From Candidatus Adlerbacteria bacterium (lineage in GTDB: Bacteria > Patescibacteriota > Minisyncoccia > Phycocordibacterales > SBAW01), in assembly GCA_963749085.1 (NCBI GenBank), contig CAVVLG010000002.1, positions 293,033-357,032 of the forward strand: a stretch of DNA of 64,000 nucleotides, read 5' to 3'. Each line of letters starts with the position of its first letter. The first letter of the stretch is position 1. A model generated the notes under the pieces. The model had not been told where the DNA came from, made no database searches, and worked only from the letters and a program-made list of their open reading frames with translations. Both the position numbers and the translations under genes were made by a program. Shown in pieces: positions 59,401-64,000 of the stretch.

Positions 59401-59901
59401 ACCGCCGCCAACGCCGCCATTGGTGAAGATGCCCGAGTAGCCTCCTCCGGTGTTTGCGGCACTGTTTGCGGCATTGGCACTGTGACCCCCAGAGCCTCCG
59501 CCCGTATCAGATCCCACGACAATCGTCAGCACTTCTCCGGCAATGACCGGAATGGTAGAGCTTGCATAGCCGCCGGCGCCGGCAGAACCCCCAGCTGCGA
59601 GATATATAGTATTGTAACCTGGACAGGATCCATTTGGGTGCGTTGCGCCAGTGGTGCCTCCTCCCGCCCCCCACATCTGGACCGTGACATCGCCCGCGCC
59701 TGGGGCAGTATAGGTAGAGGAGCCTGGCGTGCTCGCAATATAGGCATCGGCGGCGTTTGCGGTTGACGGAAGCCCGGAGAGCGCGAAGGTGCCCACCCGG
59801 CTGTGGGTGAGGAACACCGCTGCGCCGAGGAGGAGGGCCACGCCGAGACACAGGACTACTGTGTTGAGCATTTCATCGCGAATGCCTTCAAAAAAATCCA
59901 T
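56446..59901 (-). CDS. Giant surface protein: N-terminal TM, Gly-rich domain, Calx-beta-like domains, 3 IPT/TIG, FN3-like, C-terminal Ig-like domain
   Basis: PTVTGVSPTSGPTAGGTSVTI.GTNF occurs three times, with TATLNGTVNPNG..YYYCAVA. Ends ILPTFEEE. Confidence 0.85.
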   Translation of the reverse strand: MDFFEGIRDEMLNTVVLCLGVALLLGAAVFLTHSRVGTFALSGLPSTANAADAYIASTPGSSTYTAPGAGDVTVQMWGAGGGTTGATHPNGSCPGYNTIYLAAGGSAGAGGYASSTIPVIAGEVLTIVVGSDTGGGSGGHSANAANSAANTGGGYSGIFTNGGVGGGPVTPSQANALVIAGGGGGEGSWTNVSENPCGYADPYYDEAGGFGGGSGGTDAPGTSGSGGTSAGPGAGSGGYSGGGGALSAGSAPPAGGLTGGSGGGSEQAPGGGGGAGYNGGGGGGGIVGGGYSGINFGYSYGGGGGSGYCSPSLTSCTTVTATTTLAADYWLPNNDGAGSPSTSGLVDIIAFTPVVNLSASPTNVIGGPQESTITATLSAAATAATTITLTQTGGTASATNQDYLLNPTSVTIPTGGTAGSITLETFPSGDGKNVILTPSAPGYLSGTPATVDIIYPPTLTLSPPTAQAVEGTGGQVTITATLTSDAAQALAVPTTVTGTAMRGSDFKTDPFGGDIDIASGAYSGTMTLTVLNNTNFGIANKTVTFTAAQQGGGIGPQWYTVGEASTTVVTIYPSSSSGSTPPTCAVYVPSSIPSGSSASVSYLTADSPTSATLSYMYPSGVTVSPSSSTFIPSSSGTATTGTFTNTNSAAVSSTVIMAVTNSSGSSTCSGTTNIEPATASAPTVTGVSPTSGPTAGGTSVTIMGTNFTDVTAVNFGSTAAASYTVNSATSITATSPAGSAGTVEVTVTTSAGMSGSGTSSGDQFTYVAPASAPTVTGVSPTSGPTAGGTSVTIMGTNFTDVTAVNFGSTAAASYTVNSATSITATSPAGSAGTVEVTVTTSAGMSGSGTSSGDQFTYVAPASAPTVTGVSPTSGPTAGGTSVTIMGTNFTDVTAVNFGSTAAASYTVNSATSITATSPAGSAGTVEVTVTTSAGMSGSGTSSGDQFTYVAPASAPTVTTDPATNLTATTATLNGTVNPNGAATTAFFVYSITKPGTCNSSFGTIVPAAGDSLGSGSSPIGYAQSVSGLTAATTYYYCAVASNGIGTGYGGIQSFTTSASAPPGSITQGISANPSSVVKGDSTSLSWTTSNMTSCTVTNNSGTVISTALSSSGTTVSNITAPTIFTLSCFDGNGSNYTSSVTVSILPTFEEE
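57029..57869. repeat. 273-bp tandem repeat, three apparently identical copies plus 22 bp
   Basis: Units start at 57029, 57302 and 57575, with a partial copy at 57848. Each encodes a 91-aa IPT/TIG domain. Confidence 0.95.
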
Positions 59902-59998
59902 AATGACGTACCGTTAGTGTAGCACTGACTCTCCATCACCATGCGACCTGTCCACAGCTACCATTCTTAACGATGGCGCGATGGCGTATACTGGTAGC

Positions 59999-60454
59999 AT
60001 GCAGACCAAGTGGCTCATCGTGACATTTCTTGTGCTAGCCGTGGTGATTGGCGCATGGGTGGCGTTGGTGTATCTTCCGCACACCTCGCAGGTGCCGCAG
60101 CCCGTGGTTCAGCGCATTCCCCCTGTCGATACCCATTACACTGCCCCACCAGCACTTATCGTGCACCACACGGTGGTCAATGGAGCCAATGTATATGCAG
60201 GCACGCTACCGATCCGCTCGTGCAACACCATTGCAACCGGGCTCTCAAGCTCGGGGAGTGCTCCGGTTGAGCTCACGATCAGTTTCAAGGTATTCGACGG
60301 CGACGGCACGTGTCTTACGGCGACGTCGGCCGAAAGCGACCAGCAGCCTTTCTCGGTATCCTTCTCCTCTAAAGTATCTACTCGATCACCGGTGGTCACT
60401 GCGCTGACCATCAACGGCTCGTCTGTTCCATTCAAGGTTGTGGAGGGAGAATAA
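59999..60454 (+). CDS. Membrane-anchored hypothetical protein
   Basis: MQTK start lies 6 nt after TATACT. N-terminal TM, beta-rich body, two Cys. Confidence 0.7.
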   Translation: MQTKWLIVTFLVLAVVIGAWVALVYLPHTSQVPQPVVQRIPPVDTHYTAPPALIVHHTVVNGANVYAGTLPIRSCNTIATGLSSSGSAPVELTISFKVFDGDGTCLTATSAESDQQPFSVSFSSKVSTRSPVVTALTINGSSVPFKVVEGE

Positions 60455-60651
60455 AAAAATTTAACGTTTTATCTACAACACCTGTCAACGCAGCTCACGG
60501 GTATGCGACACAGGTATACATAGTTAGGGAGGAACGGGCTTTCACTCAGAAGAGTATGCTAGAGAAAAGCGACGCCTTATGTGGCAATGGTCTACATCTA
60601 CGCACGCTCCTCATGGTTGTATCGAGATGAGAACGATATACCCGGTATGGC

Positions 60652-63600
60652 TCAAATTTCCTGGAAGGATGGAATAAGTTTGACTTCAAAACTCCAAGAG
60701 TAGCTATTGCTGTAGGAATCGGTGCACGAGAGGGTGAAGATGGTCGGGGCAGTGATGTTGGAGACTGTCGTGCCGCTTGAGCTCAGCGCAGTTGAGATGA
60801 CGGTTCCGGAGTTGTTCGTCACCGTGCAGGAGGTCATGTATTGAGTCGCCCATGAGAGCGACGTGGAAGCACCTTTGGGCACCCAGGGGGGAGTTGCGAG
60901 CAGGACCTGAGTGACGGAGCCTTGGGGCGCAGCCACCATGATTGTGCCTTGACAGGTGTTCGAGCCGGGTGTGAGCGTGGCTTGGTAGATATAGGTGCCT
61001 ATGGTATTGAGTGTACCCGTTGAATACCCTTCACCCGCTGGTGCATTGGCAGGGCTCGGCGCGGTCGTGCTGGTCCATGTGGTGCCGCCATTGGTGCTGT
61101 ACTGCATGGTTGCGCTCGTGACCGTGGAGACTGCAGTGGTGTATTGAAGGATAGTGCTGTTGCCGGGTTGGATTGGCGGTGGACTCGACAAGCTACAGGT
61201 GGGTGGTAGTGAAGCGGTGGTAAACGGCTCGATACCTCCATAGCCGACACCGGCGGAGTTGGTGGCGTAGGCCCTGTCGTAGTATGTCGTATTGGCAGTG
61301 AGGCCAGAGAGACTTGCAGTGAACGCTCCGGTGCCAAAGGAGCCCGTCTGGGTGGTAGTGGCGGTCCCGGAGCCGAGGGTCGAGTTGGTGCCCCAGGCGA
61401 AACCGGTTGAGGTTGCGTTGCTTCCACCTGTGGCGGAGATGGTGCCATTAAGCGTAGCCGCAGTAGTGGTGATGGCCGAGGCAGCGCTCGTGGTGACAGA
61501 GGGAGAAGTGATTGCGGCGCCTGTGGTGAACGACTGGACGCCCCCGTAGCCCTCACCGATGTTCCCGTAGCCGCCACCGCCACTCCCGCCACCAATGCCC
61601 CCGTAGCCCTCACCGATGCTGCTGATCGCATAGGCTCGGTAGTAGTACGTCGTATTGGCAGCAAGGCCCGTGATAGCCGCCGTAAAGCTAGAGCCGCTGC
61701 CGAAGTTGCCACTCTGGCTCGTGGTCGAGACGCCGGTGCTTAAGGTAGAACTCGTGCCCCAGGCGAAGCCCACCGCGTTATTTCCTACTCCGCTTGAGGC
61801 TGCGCCGCCAGCGCCGCCAGCGCTGATGGTGGCACCGCTCCCGCCTTTGGCGCCAGCCACCACGGCGCTACCCCACCCGCTTCCTGTATTGTCTGAGCAG
61901 TTGCTAGTCGAATTGCAAAAATAGGTATCGCCGCCTTTCCCGGAACTCGCGCCGGCACCGATGGCGTAGGTGACCGTAGCGCTCGGAGTAAGCGAAACGT
62001 TTGCCGCTTCCGCATACGCGCCTCCGCCTCCGCCCCAACCCTCCCCTGGTATTGGGGAATAACCACCGCCACCGCCACCGATGACCTGTATGGTGTTGGC
62101 GCTGCTATTCCAGTTGGAAGGCACTGTATAGCTCGTACCCGACGTGAGGATGGTAACCGTTGGCGTACCGCTGCTGTAATACGTGATGACAATAACACCT
62201 GGTCCTCCGGTAGCTGATCCTCCGGTGTAAAAGCTATTTCCAGATCCTCCTCCATAATTGCCGCCTGCGCCTCCGGTGCTTGCGCCATAGGTTCCACCGC
62301 CACCACCGCCTGAGCCGGCGGTGCTCCACTCGGTGCCGTTTCCTCCGGCATAGCCGCCACCACCACCCGCGCCGCCGTAGCCATTATCGCCGGCACCGCC
62401 CTGAGTGTAGGACGCACTGAAACCGCTGCCGTATGGACCTCCTGCGCCGCCACCGCCGCCGCCGCCTTCACTGTCACCGCTGCCGCCTGAGGCGGTTGAA
62501 CCGCCGGTCCCTATCGACGTGATACTGCCGCCCAGTGTCGCTGAGGCGCTCGTGAGGTTGGTGACGCTCCCGGTGGAGACTGTTGGCGCTGCAGGCGGAG
62601 GCTCTAGGATAGTGGTGCCTTGAGCGGTGCAGGAGCCCACGCTGGTTTGCAGTGTCATGGTGATGGTAACCGTACTGGCGGAACTATTAGAGTTGGAAAA
62701 GACGCTTGAGGCGATGCTGCCTCCTGAGTACGTGGGGGTAAAGCTTGTTGACGCAGGGTTCGCTGTAACACCGCTGGGGAGCGAATAGGTCAGCGTACCG
62801 CTTGTCGCGTTGCTAGTAGCTCCGTAGGTGAGGGTCGCCGTGGAGCCGTTCGCGATGGGCGAGGTGATGGAGGAGATGCTGCAGGTAGGGGTGGTGGGAG
62901 GAGGCGGTTGTATGGTGACGGTCGCGCCGGAGCCTGAGATGTATGTACCATTACCGGCGCCGCTGCCGGACGGAGTAAAAGTCACCGTCTTGTTAGCGGG
63001 GCCGAAGGTTGAGTCGTCGTTAAGAACGGTGATCGTCTTGGTTATAGTGGTGGACCCGGCGGGAAGCACGAAGGTGTATGCGGCGGGCGATTGTGAATAA
63101 TCTTCGTCTTGCTCGGCCGTGCCCGAGTTGCCTCTAGTAATTACGGTCGTTTGGGCCGTGTTGGTGAAGGAGAGCGTCGCCGTGAAGGTCGCTGTGGCGC
63201 TACTTCCCTCGGCAATAGTGGTCGGCGAGGCGGAGATGGTGGCGGTGGGGCTGCCTGAACCGCTTGGCGTGCCGGCCGAAAACGATTGGATGCTCCCATA
63301 GCCAGTGCCGCTGCCATTGGTTGCGTAGGCTCTGTAGTAATAGATATCACCAGTGGTGAGGCCAGAGAGACTTGCAGCGAACAACGCTCCGGCCGGGAGG
63401 GAGCTCTGCGTGGTGGTGGTTGCGGTGCCGGAGCCGAGGGTTGAGCTGGTGCCCCAGGCGAAGCCTTCGGCGGTTACGTTGCTCCCGTTTGTCGCCACGA
63501 GAGTGCCCTCAAGCGTGGCAGTGGTGTCCAAGGAGGCAGCGCTGTTGGTAGTAACGTAGGGAGCGCCAGCAGAGATCGTTACGGGGACGGTCGCATTGAG

Positions 63601-64000
63601 CGTGCCACCGCAATAGAGATAGTAATCTACCGTGGTGTCTCCCGCCGTTTCCGCGATGGTCGTCGAACCGATGAGACCGCTCGTGTTGGCGCTTATCGAC
63701 CCACTATATCCGCCTGCGGTTTGAGTGACAACCGCGTTCCAGGCGGCCGAATAATAGGTATGGCCGAGGGAATCTTCTAGCTGCGCCGAGGTATAGATGG
63801 GATTTTCAGAAGGATAGATCCATCCATTCCCGCACGCCAAGAATTGACTCGTGTACTGCACGGGCTGGCAGGCCCAGTCAAGCTCAACTTGGGTGCCCGA
63901 TGGCACGGTGAGCGGCGTAGCGACTCCGGCACTTTGCAACGAGCCGACGGCGGAGCCGCCGCAACCGGTCCCGCCGGAAGTAAACAGTGATTTCGCGAAC
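60652..64000 (-). CDS. Second giant surface protein (5' end beyond the window): FN3-like repeats, Gly-rich domain, C-terminal Ig-like domain
   Basis: Frame is open to the window edge. GFAWGT..YYYRAYA-type modules recur. Ends LIPSFQEI. Confidence 0.85.
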   Translation of the reverse strand, partial: FAKSLFTSGGTGCGGSAVGSLQSAGVATPLTVPSGTQVELDWACQPVQYTSQFLACGNGWIYPSENPIYTSAQLEDSLGHTYYSAAWNAVVTQTAGGYSGSISANTSGLIGSTTIAETAGDTTVDYYLYCGGTLNATVPVTISAGAPYVTTNSAASLDTTATLEGTLVATNGSNVTAEGFAWGTSSTLGSGTATTTTQSSLPAGALFAASLSGLTTGDIYYYRAYATNGSGTGYGSIQSFSAGTPSGSGSPTATISASPTTIAEGSSATATFTATLSFTNTAQTTVITRGNSGTAEQDEDYSQSPAAYTFVLPAGSTTITKTITVLNDDSTFGPANKTVTFTPSGSGAGNGTYISGSGATVTIQPPPPTTPTCSISSITSPIANGSTATLTYGATSNATSGTLTYSLPSGVTANPASTSFTPTYSGGSIASSVFSNSNSSASTVTITMTLQTSVGSCTAQGTTILEPPPAAPTVSTGSVTNLTSASATLGGSITSIGTGGSTASGGSGDSEGGGGGGGAGGPYGSGFSASYTQGGAGDNGYGGAGGGGGYAGGNGTEWSTAGSGGGGGGTYGASTGGAGGNYGGGSGNSFYTGGSATGGPGVIVITYYSSGTPTVTILTSGTSYTVPSNWNSSANTIQVIGGGGGGYSPIPGEGWGGGGGAYAEAANVSLTPSATVTYAIGAGASSGKGGDTYFCNSTSNCSDNTGSGWGSAVVAGAKGGSGATISAGGAGGAASSGVGNNAVGFAWGTSSTLSTGVSTTSQSGNFGSGSSFTAAITGLAANTTYYYRAYAISSIGEGYGGIGGGSGGGGYGNIGEGYGGVQSFTTGAAITSPSVTTSAASAITTTAATLNGTISATGGSNATSTGFAWGTNSTLGSGTATTTQTGSFGTGAFTASLSGLTANTTYYDRAYATNSAGVGYGGIEPFTTASLPPTCSLSSPPPIQPGNSTILQYTTAVSTVTSATMQYSTNGGTTWTSTTAPSPANAPAGEGYSTGTLNTIGTYIYQATLTPGSNTCQGTIMVAAPQGSVTQVLLATPPWVPKGASTSLSWATQYMTSCTVTNNSGTVISTALSSSGTTVSNITAPTIFTLSCTDSYSNSYSWSFEVKLIPSFQEI
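60724..60839. repeat. 116-bp exact direct repeat shared with 56518-56633
   Basis: GCACGAGAGGGTGAAG...GGAGGTCATGT is identical in both genes. Confidence 0.95.

Noticed and set aside
60455-60651. Intergenic gap between convergent genes
   Set aside because: No convincing ORF, hairpin or RNA motif seen.

Overview
Core chromosome of a Patescibacteria/CPR bacterium (Parcubacteria-like; inferred from the streamlined proteins and gene order). It uses code 11, with TGA as stop. Housekeeping content: hisS (partial), rpoD, dnaG, a single fused rpoB-rpoC ORF, trmD, khpA, rpsP, rnr, a short smc, rnc, a nusB-Nudix fusion, rpmF, rnhB, dnaE, thrS, gyrB, pheST, tRNA-Thr, tsf, rpsB, prfA, rpmE, rplY and a glycolysis/pentose-phosphate cluster. 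Accessory content: a tnpA-only IS200-type element, an IS5 element, two toxin-antitoxin pairs, a sortase near a VPYTG protein, and two giant mosaic surface proteins. Main observations: (1) core genes look leaderless, while about ten orphan microprotein genes carry Shine-Dalgarno leaders and often their own -35/-10 promoters and terminators; (2) a structured ~150-nt RNA candidate lies upstream of rpoBC; (3) the two giant proteins share an identical 116-bp block and a terminal P-x-F-x-E motif; (4) an alphaproteobacterial-type YbjN gene is present; (5) a diverged relic of the rpe 3' end flanks hicBA. All family calls come from motif recognition by eye, not database searches.
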